From an uncultured Thermoleophilia bacterium (GTDB lineage Bacteria > Actinomycetota > Thermoleophilia > UBA2241), in contig CAVVTV010000024.1 of the NCBI GenBank assembly GCA_963751215.1, positions 1,052,178 to 1,116,177 on the forward strand: a stretch of DNA of 64,000 nt, written 5' to 3'. The notes below the pieces were generated by a model, which saw only the letters and a program-made list of their open reading frames with translations, searched no databases and had not been told where the DNA came from. Within the stretch, counting starts at the first letter, position 1. Each line of letters begins with the position of its first letter. Positions 16,240-24,818 of the stretch are shown in pieces. The position numbers were made by a program, and so were the translations under genes.

Positions 16240-17004
16240 CTAATCGTGAACGGGAAACTGCGAGACCGATACTTCCCTGGCGCCCGACGGCAGCGTGAAC
16301 CAGCACGTCGCTTGAGCAGCGGCCGGTAGCCAACCGTAGTCGATGGTCACCAGGCCGAGACCGTCGGGACGTTCCAGCATACGGATCGGCAGATACGTCT
16401 GAGGATCGACGTAGTAGCGCCGGTGCATACTGGGCTCCGAGTCAGCCAGCACCAGCACCTGCTGGCCGCGCAGGACGGTCTGGCCCACCCGGGTGATGTC
16501 GGCTGCCTGTAGCGGCGCCTGCAGCGCCGCCAGGGGCGCGGGCACGCCAGTGGCCGGAGCAGTGCTCGGCAGCGCCTGGCCGGGATGAGCGGCCTGCCAG
16601 GCTGCCTGCTTCTGCGCCAGGCCCTTGGCGAGAGCAGCGTGTGAGGTGGCGCCCAGCCGTTCGAGGAGGTCCCAGATGCAAGCCTCCTCCTCGGGAAGTT
16701 GCTCCCAGGCCGGGCTCCCCTCAACGGCCGAGGCTCGCACTGCCTCGCGCACCTCGCGTTGCCGCCGCCGCCGCTGACTGCGCCGCATATTGAGGTGAAC
16801 GTTGCGTGAGGCCGCGAGGAGCCAAGGGAGCGGCGCCTCGCCGGGAATGCCTTCGAGGCGGCGCCAGGCGACGAGGAAAGTCTCTGCGACGATGTCGTCA
16901 GCGAGCGCCGGCTCTCGCCGCCAGGCGAACGCACGCACGGCCCCGTAGTGGGCGTTGTAGAGCGCATTGAACCCGCTCTCTCGCCGCTTTCGATCGAGCG
17001 TCAT
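16240..17004 (-). CDS. ECF-type sigma-70 region-2 domain protein with a non-sigma C-terminal domain (no recognisable region 4)
   Basis: ATG 17004 with GGGGAGG RBS. FNALYNAHYGAVRAFAWRR...DDIVAETFLVAWRRL...PWLLAASRNVHLNMRRSQRRRR is a canonical ECF region 2. The remaining about 150 aa have no HTH or region-4 signature. Confidence 0.55.
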   Translation of the reverse strand: MTLDRKRRESGFNALYNAHYGAVRAFAWRREPALADDIVAETFLVAWRRLEGIPGEAPLPWLLAASRNVHLNMRRSQRRRRQREVREAVRASAVEGSPAWEQLPEEEACIWDLLERLGATSHAALAKGLAQKQAAWQAAHPGQALPSTAPATGVPAPLAALQAPLQAADITRVGQTVLRGQQVLVLADSEPSMHRRYYVDPQTYLPIRMLERPDGLGLVTIDYGWLPAAAQATCWFTLPSGAREVSVSQFPVHD

Positions 17005-17331
17005 AGTCCTCCCCGTCCGGCGTGGATGCTGTCACACGTCACTGTCCACAGCGACCGCCGGAGATTTCGGGCAGACGTCTTCAGCTGTGCTCGGCGGCAA
17101 GATCGCCCTGCTGCAGGACGGTCGGGGGGCGCTCCCGCTCAGCGAGGGCAGGCGGTGCTCAAGGCAAGGGCGGCGTCTGGAAGGTCTCGGCGCCAAGCGT
17201 CGAGGCCCTGCTCAAGCTGGAGCAGAGTCAGTGCGGCAGCCCGCCTTTCGGCGTCGCCATAAGCCGCCGCGCCCGGTGAAGCCAGGCGCGGCGGCTGGTG
17301 TGAATGGCTCTTTCAGAATCGTGGTGCAGCC

Positions 17332-17526
17332 TCAGGCGACGTCCTTCATGCGCTCGTCCATCTGGCGCATCATCTCTGCCTTGTCCTCGTCGCTCATGCC
17401 GGCAAGCATCTCGGAATGAGCGTCCTGGGCGTGCGCCGACAGGTCGTCTTTCACCTCTTCCGCGGTGGGCTTGGTCGCAACGTAGCTGCACTCGATTCCC
17501 ATGTCGTTGCACGAAAGCGTCTTCAT
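17332..17526 (-). CDS. DUF1059 family small protein
   Basis: ORF 17332..17718 trimmed to ATG (MKTLSCNDMGIECSYVAT...), 64 aa, GAGGAAAGG RBS. Confidence 0.6.
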   Translation of the reverse strand: MKTLSCNDMGIECSYVATKPTAEEVKDDLSAHAQDAHSEMLAGMSDEDKAEMMRQMDERMKDVA

Positions 17527-17669
17527 GGTCGGCCTTTCCTCAAGGTTCGCATCTGACTCGGGTGTAGCTACCCAGAACTTGGGCGGGGACGCGACAGTCA
17601 CCGTTGGGCTCCCCACAGGGGAAATTGCCGGCTGAGAGGGTGGCGGTCGGTGCGAACCTGCCGCCGGGC

Positions 17670-18782
17670 TCAGCCGCCCACACGCTGCAGGAAACGCTCG
17701 CGCCGCTCCCTGGGCCAACGCACGCAGTACGCGGGCTTCTGGGCGACGATGCGCTTGCTACACAAGCTGCACCCGGGCGCACACACGGTGATGGGCTCGC
17801 TGATCTGCCCGCGCGCCTTCTTGGGCCACTGCGGGTCGGCAAAGACGATGCGCCCCAGCCCGACCAGGTCGGCAGCGCCATCGCTCAGGACGGTCCGCGC
17901 CGTCTCCGGCCGTTGGATGCGCCCGGCAGCGATGACGGGCATCGCCGGGAGCCCCTGTTTGATGGCGGCCGCAAACGGCACCATGAAAGCCTCACGACGG
18001 TCGTCCTTGGCGTACTCGGACGAGGAGTCGTAGCACCCGGCCATGACGGAGAGGTAGGTCGCACCGGCGCGCGCCAACTCCAGGGCGAACAGGCGCGTCT
18101 CATCCAGCGTGATGCCACCCGGGACGTACTCATCCGCGAGGAAGCGATACCCTACCGGGAACCCGTCGCCCACCGCCGAACGTACGGCTGCGAACACTTC
18201 GAGTGGGAAGCGCATCCGACCCGCGAGCTCGCCGCCGTAGCCGTCGTGGCGCAGATTGGTGCGCGCCGAGAGGAATTGCGTCAGGAGGTAGCCCATGCCG
18301 CCGTGCAACTCCACCGCGTCGAATCCCGCCTCTTGCGCCCGCCTCGCCGCGGCCGCGAAGGCGCGGACGACCCGGTCGATGTCGGCCTGGTCCATGACCT
18401 TCGGTGTAGCTCCCCAGGCCTCCACGGCCGAGGGCGCGATGCGGTCGGCGCGCTTTGCGTACCTTCCGGCGTGATGGATCTGCAGCACAGCCGGCACGCC
18501 GCGCGCCTTGATGGCCTTCGCCAAACGCGCCAACCCCGGAACGAAGCGATCCTCGGAGACGAGGAGGGTGCGCGGGTTGGTGAGGCCGCGCGGCTCGACG
18601 GTGGCGTTCTCTACAACCACCATCCCCGGCCCCGAGTCAGCCATCTCGGAGTAGTAGTCGAGCACGAGACTGTTCACCTCGTGGTCGGGGTCCGGATACG
18701 CGAGGTACATGGGCAGGCAGACGATGCGATTCGCGAGGGTCAGGGTCCCGAGACGGAACGGCGAAAATAGAGGGTCCGGCAT
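17670..18782 (-). CDS. Old Yellow Enzyme family NADH:flavin oxidoreductase with C-terminal Cys cluster (CAPGCSLC...YC)
   Basis: ORF 17670..18986 trimmed to ATG 18782 (AAGGAGTG RBS). FSPFRLGTLTLANRIV, LQIHHAGRY, VELHGGMGYLLTQFLS are OYE/2,4-dienoyl-CoA-reductase N-domain motifs. Confidence 0.8.
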   Translation of the reverse strand: MPDPLFSPFRLGTLTLANRIVCLPMYLAYPDPDHEVNSLVLDYYSEMADSGPGMVVVENATVEPRGLTNPRTLLVSEDRFVPGLARLAKAIKARGVPAVLQIHHAGRYAKRADRIAPSAVEAWGATPKVMDQADIDRVVRAFAAAARRAQEAGFDAVELHGGMGYLLTQFLSARTNLRHDGYGGELAGRMRFPLEVFAAVRSAVGDGFPVGYRFLADEYVPGGITLDETRLFALELARAGATYLSVMAGCYDSSSEYAKDDRREAFMVPFAAAIKQGLPAMPVIAAGRIQRPETARTVLSDGAADLVGLGRIVFADPQWPKKARGQISEPITVCAPGCSLCSKRIVAQKPAYCVRWPRERRERFLQRVGG

Positions 18783-19261
18783 GAACAGTTCACTCCTTGC
18801 CCAAACGACGACGGCGTGGTCACCGCCGACTGATTGTGACCGTATCGTGGTTTGTACTTCCGGCATGATGGTTGCACCATTTCTTGCTCGGGTACAGCCG
18901 GCGCTCCCCACCTGGGCGACCGCCGACGACGTCACCGCTTGAGTCGCCGCCAACGCTCTCATGGGCGTGCACTGGGCTTTGGTCAATCACGTCCGCCGGC
19001 GGGTGCTGGCCGGCACACCTGACCCAAGCGTCGCCCGCGAGGTCCGCTCGCGTGCGCAGCGCGCTCATACTGATCGAGCGAGGGCTTGGCGACTATGCAC
19101 TCAAAGCACGCTGAGCAGGCACTCGCCGTCGCACGCGCTTGAGCCGGAGCCAACGCCTCTCGCGTGATGCTAACCGTACGCGGGCACAATCCGACGATCG
19201 ATGAACCAGGATCGTCCCACAGAGCACGCTGGAAGCAGTAACGGCTGAGCGGCGGGTGCCG

Positions 19262-20440
19262 ATGAGCGAGGCACACGGCGAGCGGGTCTCACTCGCCACG
19301 ATCGCGCGTGAATGGCTGCGCATCGGCGTCACCGGCTTCGGCGGCCCGCCGGCGCATATTGCTCTCCTGAGCAGCCTCGCCGTGAGGCGGCGCGGCTGGC
19401 TTACCGAACGCGAGTTCGAGGAGGGCGTCGCCGCCACCAACCTGCTGCCGGGACCGGCCTCGACGCAGCTCGCGATCTTCATCGCCTGGCGCCTGCGGGG
19501 CGCAGTTGGTGGCATCCTCGCCGGGGTCTGCTTCATCGTCCCCGGCCTCGCCCTCATCCTGGCCCTCGCGACGCTCTTCCTTGCCGCGCACCCGCCGCTC
19601 TGGACCGAAGGAGCCGCTGCAGGAGCCGGTGCCGCCGTGCCGGCCGTCGCCGTGCAGGCGGCCCTGGGCCTGGCGCCGGCGAGCTGGCGGCGGGCGGGCG
19701 CTTCCCGGGCCGCGCAGACGCGCTGGCTGCTCTACCTGCTCGCCGGCGTCGCGGCGTCTGCGGGCCTTGGACCGTACCTGGTCCTCGTGCTGTTCGCCTG
19801 CGGCGCAGTCGAGGTCGCGACCCTGCGCCCGGGCCGCTGTGCTGTGGGCGGACGGACGAGGGTCCTCCTCGCCGTGCCGCTCGCCCTCACCGGCAGCGCC
19901 GTCGGTGGCCTCGCGGCCCTCGTCTGGGTGGCCTTCAAGGTGGGGGCGCTCTCCTACGGCGGCGGCTTTGTGATCATCCCCCTGATGCAGCACGATGCGG
20001 TCAGCACCTACCACTGGATGAGCGCCGCTCAGTTCCTCAACGCCGTCGCCCTGGGCCAGATTACGCCGGGCCCTGTGGTGCAGACGGTCGCGGTGGTCGG
20101 TTACGCCGCTGCCGGGCTCGCCGGCGGCCTGCTCGCGGCGCTCGTCGCCTTCGCCCCATCGTTCCTCTTCGTCATCGTCGGCGGGCCCCGCTTCGGGCGC
20201 CTGCGCACCAGCACCCGGGCGCAAGCCTTCCTGACCGGCGCCGGCGCGGCGGCCATCGGCGCGATCATGGGGGCTGCCATCCCCCTGGCGCTGGCGCTCT
20301 CCCACCTCTGGCAGCTTGGCGTGCTCGCGCTCGCGGCGGCCTGGCTGCTACGACTGCGCCGGGGCGTCGTCCCGGCGCTCCTCGGGGCGGCGCTGCTCGG
20401 CGTCGTCGCGGCACTCTTGGGTGCACCAATTGGCCACTGA
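19262..20440 (+). CDS. chrA: chromate ion transporter ChrA (two CHR domains)
   Basis: ORF 19256..20440. ATG 19262. GVTGFGGPPAHIAL and GALSYGGGFVIIPLM CHR-domain motifs, polytopic. Confidence 0.85.
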   Translation: MSEAHGERVSLATIAREWLRIGVTGFGGPPAHIALLSSLAVRRRGWLTEREFEEGVAATNLLPGPASTQLAIFIAWRLRGAVGGILAGVCFIVPGLALILALATLFLAAHPPLWTEGAAAGAGAAVPAVAVQAALGLAPASWRRAGASRAAQTRWLLYLLAGVAASAGLGPYLVLVLFACGAVEVATLRPGRCAVGGRTRVLLAVPLALTGSAVGGLAALVWVAFKVGALSYGGGFVIIPLMQHDAVSTYHWMSAAQFLNAVALGQITPGPVVQTVAVVGYAAAGLAGGLLAALVAFAPSFLFVIVGGPRFGRLRTSTRAQAFLTGAGAAAIGAIMGAAIPLALALSHLWQLGVLALAAAWLLRLRRGVVPALLGAALLGVVAALLGAPIGH

Positions 20441-20553
20441 GCCTTGGGCAACGGTATGCCGATGCCCCGAGTCGGTGCCCATGGGCAGCGCCCCCAAAGG
20501 CGAAACCGACAGCTACCAAGCAGGAAGTTCTGGTCGGTGGCGGATCGAGCCTC

Positions 20554-21483
20554 TCATTGCTGCTCCCTTTCCTGCATGCGCCGACGGCTTAGGCGCTGCC
20601 GGCAGGCAGCGCTGCAGGTCTTCTGGTCGGTGCGGCAGCGGGGCACAAAGGGCTTGCCGCAGCTCTCGCAGGAGTTCATCTGCCAGATGCCCGAGAGCTG
20701 CTCGGCAAGCATCATGTAGAAGGCGCCGAGCAGCGACTCGACTCTCACTCTGCGGCCGAGTGCCTCGCTTACGTGGGAGGAGGTGTGCTCGCTCAAACGC
20801 CTGTTGATCTCACCATAGAGGTAGTGCTCAAGGGGGGCGATGTAGCGCCCAATGTCGCTCGTTGAGGCGCTCCAGTCCCTTAACTTGTCGTAGGCAACGG
20901 CAGGCGCGGCCTGCGAGATCGTAACGTGGGCGTCCTCATGGGTTCCCGGCCAGCGGTAGACGAGCTTGACGCCACGCAGGCCATCCTGCCAGTGCACGTA
21001 GCGCCTTGCCACGTTCGTATCTTTGCGCTTGCAGATCTGGACTAGCTCGAGCAAGCCGCCCACAGAGCTGATCGCCTGCCCCCAGCCGAACAGGTGCTCG
21101 GCCATATAGACGCCTGCATCTCGTCCATCATCGTCGGCGAGCCAACTCCTGACTGCTCCTTGCGCCCAGCCGAGGGTGCCGTAACGCGAAGCGAAGGCGG
21201 CCAAGACACCGAGGCTCTCCCGGTCGTTGCCGAGCGGCAGGCCGGCGAACTCCACGTGCAGGTTGCGATTCCAGCGCAGAGGCTCGTACACGCGAGCCGC
21301 AAAGTGTGCCCCCACGGGCACCGGCGGCACCAGCCAGGGACCCTGGGGAGCCACTCTCGTCCAAGAGGGCTGCTCCTCTCGGCCTGGTCTGCAGAGCTTG
21401 TACTCGGTGCTCCAGTGGTAGCCATCGTCGGCGACCAGCCAGCGCAGGCGCATGCACGAGTCGTCCATGAGCGACCTTGGCAT
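20554..21483 (-). CDS. hypothetical protein with C-terminal CxxC...C-x3-C zinc ribbon
   Basis: ORF 20554..21513 trimmed to ATG 21483 (MPRSLMDDS) with GGGAGAAGAGG RBS. C-terminus CESCGKPFVPRCRTDQKTCSAACRQRL. The conserved operator module lies 25-55 bp upstream. Confidence 0.5.
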   Translation of the reverse strand: MPRSLMDDSCMRLRWLVADDGYHWSTEYKLCRPGREEQPSWTRVAPQGPWLVPPVPVGAHFAARVYEPLRWNRNLHVEFAGLPLGNDRESLGVLAAFASRYGTLGWAQGAVRSWLADDDGRDAGVYMAEHLFGWGQAISSVGGLLELVQICKRKDTNVARRYVHWQDGLRGVKLVYRWPGTHEDAHVTISQAAPAVAYDKLRDWSASTSDIGRYIAPLEHYLYGEINRRLSEHTSSHVSEALGRRVRVESLLGAFYMMLAEQLSGIWQMNSCESCGKPFVPRCRTDQKTCSAACRQRLSRRRMQEREQQ

Positions 21484-21536
21484 CCTCTTCTCCCGGACAC
21501 GCCCCAGACTCACATGTGAGTGTGCACTCTATCACA
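21472..21536 (-). promoter_or_regulatory. promoter/operator module copy 1: identical 30-mer GACTCACATGTGAGTGTGCACTCTATCACA (CRP-like TGTGA-N6-GCACA plus perfect palindrome CTCACATGTGAG) with conserved RBS/start region
   Basis: 66-bp near-identical repeat of 26692..26757. Contains the ATG and RBS of gene 20554..21483. Confidence 0.6.
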
Positions 21537-21691
21537 TGCACGGTAGGCATGACGGGGACGAGGTGCGGAAGGGAGAAGTGCATACAGACGTGCCGATCCT
21601 GTGCTGCGGCGGACCTCGCGCACCACGATTCCGCTAGCCGACCGTCAGCCGGGCTTCCACATCGCCAGATCAGCCACTCTGTGCCTGCTCG

Positions 21692-22004
21692 TTAGTCCCG
21701 GAGCAACCCGCGGAGCGCGTCTATCTCCAAATCGCGCTCGACCAGCATATGCCTGAGACACGCGTTCTCAGACTCCAGCTCGCGCATGTGCTTTACATCG
21801 GCGGTTGTCATTTGACCGTAGCATCGCTTCCAGCGGTAGAACGTCTGCTCGGAGATGCCATGGATGCGGCAGACCTCGACCGCCGTGGTCACGCCCCCGG
21901 CGGTCGCGGCCAGGATATCGACGATTTGTGCCTCGGTGTGCTTCACTGCAGCCCCCAGATGCGAGCAGTTGGGAACACCAAGTTGCCCCCGGTGAGTGGG
22001 TACA
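21692..22004 (-). mobile_element. IS3-family remnant: putative left inverted repeat (TGTACCCACTCACC...) plus solo orfA (HTH/leucine-zipper InsN-like, 84 aa, GTG start ~21946); orfB absent
   Basis: ORF 21692..22105 C-terminal 84 aa: KHTEAQIVDILAATAGGVTTAVEVCRIHGISEQTFYRWKRCYGQMTTADVKHMRELESENACLRHMLVERDLEIDALRGLL, a typical IS3/IS911 OrfA. No transposase catalytic ORF follows before the operator module. Confidence 0.65.
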
Positions 22005-22164
22005 ATCCCACCCCCTTCCGTATGGCTATCATAGCTCACCAGAGGCCGTCGTGCCCGTTTCAAGCAATGTCCGCACGGCTCGCTGATCGTTCGCCAGCTC
22101 ATCACGGATTCGCACGCCCCACGGTCGCGTCACGGCGACCCGTTGGTTGCAGAGACCGGCCGCC

Positions 22165-22830
22165 ACCCCCTAGTATCGTTCGCCGCGGTAGCCGGCTTCG
22201 GTGGCGCGCTGGAACCAGCGCTCAGCTTCGTCGAGCTCACCCAACTGCTCCAGTAGCAGGCCGAGGTCGAACATCGCATCTGCTTCGCCTGCCTCGGCGG
22301 CCTGCCGATACCACTCTTTGGCCTGCTCGGGCTGGCCCTGTTCCTTCAGCAGGGCGCCGAGGTTGAACATGGCGTGGGCGTCGCCCGCCTCGGCGGCCAG
22401 GCGATACCACTCTTTGGCCTCGCCGATGTCGCCGCGCAGGTAGAGGAGCGCGCCCAGGTTGAACATCGCGCGCACGTCGCCTGCCTCGGCGGCCAGGCGA
22501 TACCAGTGGTCGGCGCCCTCGATGTCGCCGCGCAGGTAGAGGAGCGCGCCCAGGTTGAACATCGCGCGCACGTCGCCTGCCTCGGCGGCCAGGCGATACC
22601 AGTGGTCGGCGCCCTCGATGTCGCCGCGCAGGTACAGCAGGTGGCCGAGGTCGCACCGCGCCTCGGTATCGCCTGCCTCGGCCGCCTGCCGATACCAGCG
22701 CTCAGCGCCCGTGGTGTCGCCCTGCTCTCTGAGCAGCCGGCCGAGGTCGCGCATCGCCTGGGTATCGCCCGCCTCGGCCGCCTCCCCAAGCCTTTCTGCT
22801 TCGTCGGACATGTGGTGCTGCTCCCCTTGT
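22165..22830. repeat. 0.66-kb direct repeat, copy A (about 95% identical to 27143..27808)
   Basis: Contains whole Sel1 gene A plus its start region. Identity breaks about 20 bp upstream of the ATG and at ctagtatcg just past the stop. Confidence 0.8.
22170..22811 (-). CDS. Sel1-like/TPR repeat protein, copy A (213 aa)
   Basis: ORF 22170..22868 trimmed to ATG 22811 (MSDEAERLGE). Repeated 36-aa units EWYRLAAEAGDxxAMFNLGALL. Internal 108-bp tandem units are nearly identical at DNA level. Confidence 0.8.
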   Translation of the reverse strand: MSDEAERLGEAAEAGDTQAMRDLGRLLREQGDTTGAERWYRQAAEAGDTEARCDLGHLLYLRGDIEGADHWYRLAAEAGDVRAMFNLGALLYLRGDIEGADHWYRLAAEAGDVRAMFNLGALLYLRGDIGEAKEWYRLAAEAGDAHAMFNLGALLKEQGQPEQAKEWYRQAAEAGEADAMFDLGLLLEQLGELDEAERWFQRATEAGYRGERY

Positions 22831-23051
22831 GCTCTTCCGGGCACGCCCAGTTCTTGTACGCCGCACACGAATGACGTGCTCAGACGCGATCACGTCGCGA
22901 TCGGCTATCCATTCCCACCCCGCGACTTCTTCATACTGGCAGCTCGAATTGCGGCACGCCGACCGGTGAGGTGTGCGGCCGAACGAGGAATGCGTCTTGA
23001 CCGAGCGTGTCCTCAGAGCCGGCGGTGTGCCTGGCTCCGTCTTGGACCGGG

Positions 23052-23525
23052 CTACGAGCGAAGGCGGTAGAGACTCAGGGTGGAAGGAGCGGCGATCGGC
23101 CAAGACTGCGCAGCTACGACCTGACCGCCGACAGCCACCTTGCTCAGATGCTCGCTGGGCAGCGACATGGCTTCGATCTCATCGAGATTGCCAGCCTTCA
23201 TCTCGCGCGCAATGTTCTGCGCCACGCACTGAACAACGCTGTGCGCGCGATTTGATCCGCGTTCGCCAGCCGGGAAATCGAGAGCCTCCACGACGTCCGG
23301 GTATCTCTTGTAGAGCGCCGTGGCGATCTGAAACGCAGTGAGAAACGGGCGGCCCTGGTGATCGCCCCCAGCCACGCGCACATCCCCAAGAATCGTCAAG
23401 ATCTTGGCGACCAAGTCATGCTCCACCCAGCTATTCACGTGCCACTCCAAACCCAGTACGCGCCCCCGCTTTGGCGCCAAATGGCACCACCAGGTGCACG
23501 GCGCAGGCGCCAGCGTCAACGGCAA
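23052..23525 (-). CDS. hypothetical protein (lower-GC segment)
   Basis: TTG-started track ORF with no family match. GC3 only about 60% versus about 88% elsewhere. Local GC near 52% in places. Preceded upstream by hairpin 23544..23574. Confidence 0.3.
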   Translation of the reverse strand: MPLTLAPAPCTWWCHLAPKRGRVLGLEWHVNSWVEHDLVAKILTILGDVRVAGGDHQGRPFLTAFQIATALYKRYPDVVEALDFPAGERGSNRAHSVVQCVAQNIAREMKAGNLDEIEAMSLPSEHLSKVAVGGQVVAAQSWPIAAPSTLSLYRLRS

Positions 23526-23543
23526 CCATCGTGTGCGGGGAGA

Positions 23544-23574
23544 GGGGCGGGCGGCTCATTGAGCCGCCCGCCCC
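23544..23574 (-). terminator. 14-bp perfect stem hairpin GGGGCGGGCGGCTC-att-GAGCCGCCCGCCCC downstream of the CXXCH-protein gene
   Basis: Read directly, 52 nt after the stop at 23626. Confidence 0.6.
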
Positions 23575-23625
23575 CGCCTCGCCTGCCCCGCTCCGATTGC
23601 GCCGGAGCGCGGGATCAGACGACGC

Positions 23626-24777
23626 TCAGTTGACCTTGAACGACTTCCACAAGGTCGCTGCCGAGCCGAAGAGTGTGGTCTTCGCGACCGACGTCTTCAC
23701 ACGGTAGCTGCCCGTCTTCGTCGGCTTGTAGGTGTAGCTGTAGGCGCCGCTGGTAGCGTTGATGGTGCGCGCCGCCGTCTTCACGTTGACCCACTTCTTG
23801 CCGACCTTGCGCTGGATCGTGACCGTCGCCGTGCCACTGCGCGCCGGCTTCACGGCGCCCTTGACGGTCATCTTCTTGCCGAGTTTCAGTGCCCCGGCCT
23901 TGAGGCCGGTGAGCTTGATGGTTACGCTGCTCTTCTGCAGCGCACTCGTGAACGTCACGGCGAGCGTGTGATTCGCGGTGACGTTATCAAAGGTGTAGTA
24001 GTCGCCGAAGATCGCCTGCACTGCAGCACCATCGGCGAGCAGTGTGCCGATCTTGTAGCCGGCGTCCGGCACGATCAAGCAGGTGACTGTGCCCCCGGAA
24101 GTCACGGTCCAGGGCCCGACCGGGGAGATCTTGCCATGAGCGCCCGCGGTAGCCGTGATCGTGAAGCTCGGGTTGGCGGCAAACGTGGCCGAGATAGTTT
24201 CGTTGGCAGTGACGTTCGTGAACGTGTACGAGCTGACAGCGCCGACAGACGTGCCGTTGACCTTCACGTCGGCGATGGAGTAGCCGGCGTTGGCGGTGAT
24301 GGTGAACGTGACGCTGCCGCCTGACGCCACGCTCTGCGCGGTCGTGGGCGTGATCGATCCGTTCGCACCGGCGGTCGGTGTGACCGTGAAGTTGCCCGTC
24401 CCACCTGTCGACGTAACGTCGGTTTCGCTGATGGGACCTGGGGAGCCGGACACGGAGAAGACCTTGAACGTGTCCCCCGCGGTACCAGTAAACGTGCCAC
24501 CCGAGGTCGTATCGCCGGCGATCCGGGTGGCGCCGTCGAAGGCCGCCCAAGCGGATCCGACCTGTGTGACGCTATACGTCGCAGTGGTACCGTTGTTGCT
24601 TACGAGCGTGACGACGGGGGCCGCGAGGCCGGATCCAGAGTGACACGCGCTGCATATTTGGGTTTCGTCCGGCGTTGCATAGGCACTCGTAGCCAGTACG
24701 GTGAAAAGGGCAGCGACGGCTAGCAACGCCACCGCGAAACTTGCCGATCTCCTCATGTGCCAGGACTCCTTTTTCAT
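23626..24777 (-). CDS. secreted CXXCH (monoheme c-type cytochrome-like) protein with Ig-like/Listeria-Bacteroides-type repeat domains
   Basis: ORF 23626..24861 trimmed to ATG 24777 (GGAGG RBS). Signal peptide MKKESWHMRRSASFAVALLAVAALFTVLATSAYA, then ETQICSACHSG (CXXCH). Repeats TFTNVTANETISATF / YTFDNVTANHTLAVTF. Lys-rich Ig-like C-terminus. Confidence 0.65.
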   Translation of the reverse strand: MKKESWHMRRSASFAVALLAVAALFTVLATSAYATPDETQICSACHSGSGLAAPVVTLVSNNGTTATYSVTQVGSAWAAFDGATRIAGDTTSGGTFTGTAGDTFKVFSVSGSPGPISETDVTSTGGTGNFTVTPTAGANGSITPTTAQSVASGGSVTFTITANAGYSIADVKVNGTSVGAVSSYTFTNVTANETISATFAANPSFTITATAGAHGKISPVGPWTVTSGGTVTCLIVPDAGYKIGTLLADGAAVQAIFGDYYTFDNVTANHTLAVTFTSALQKSSVTIKLTGLKAGALKLGKKMTVKGAVKPARSGTATVTIQRKVGKKWVNVKTAARTINATSGAYSYTYKPTKTGSYRVKTSVAKTTLFGSAATLWKSFKVN

Positions 24778-24818
24778 GGGTGCAGAACCTCCGTCGACTC
24801 GCTCACGATTCCAGAGAC

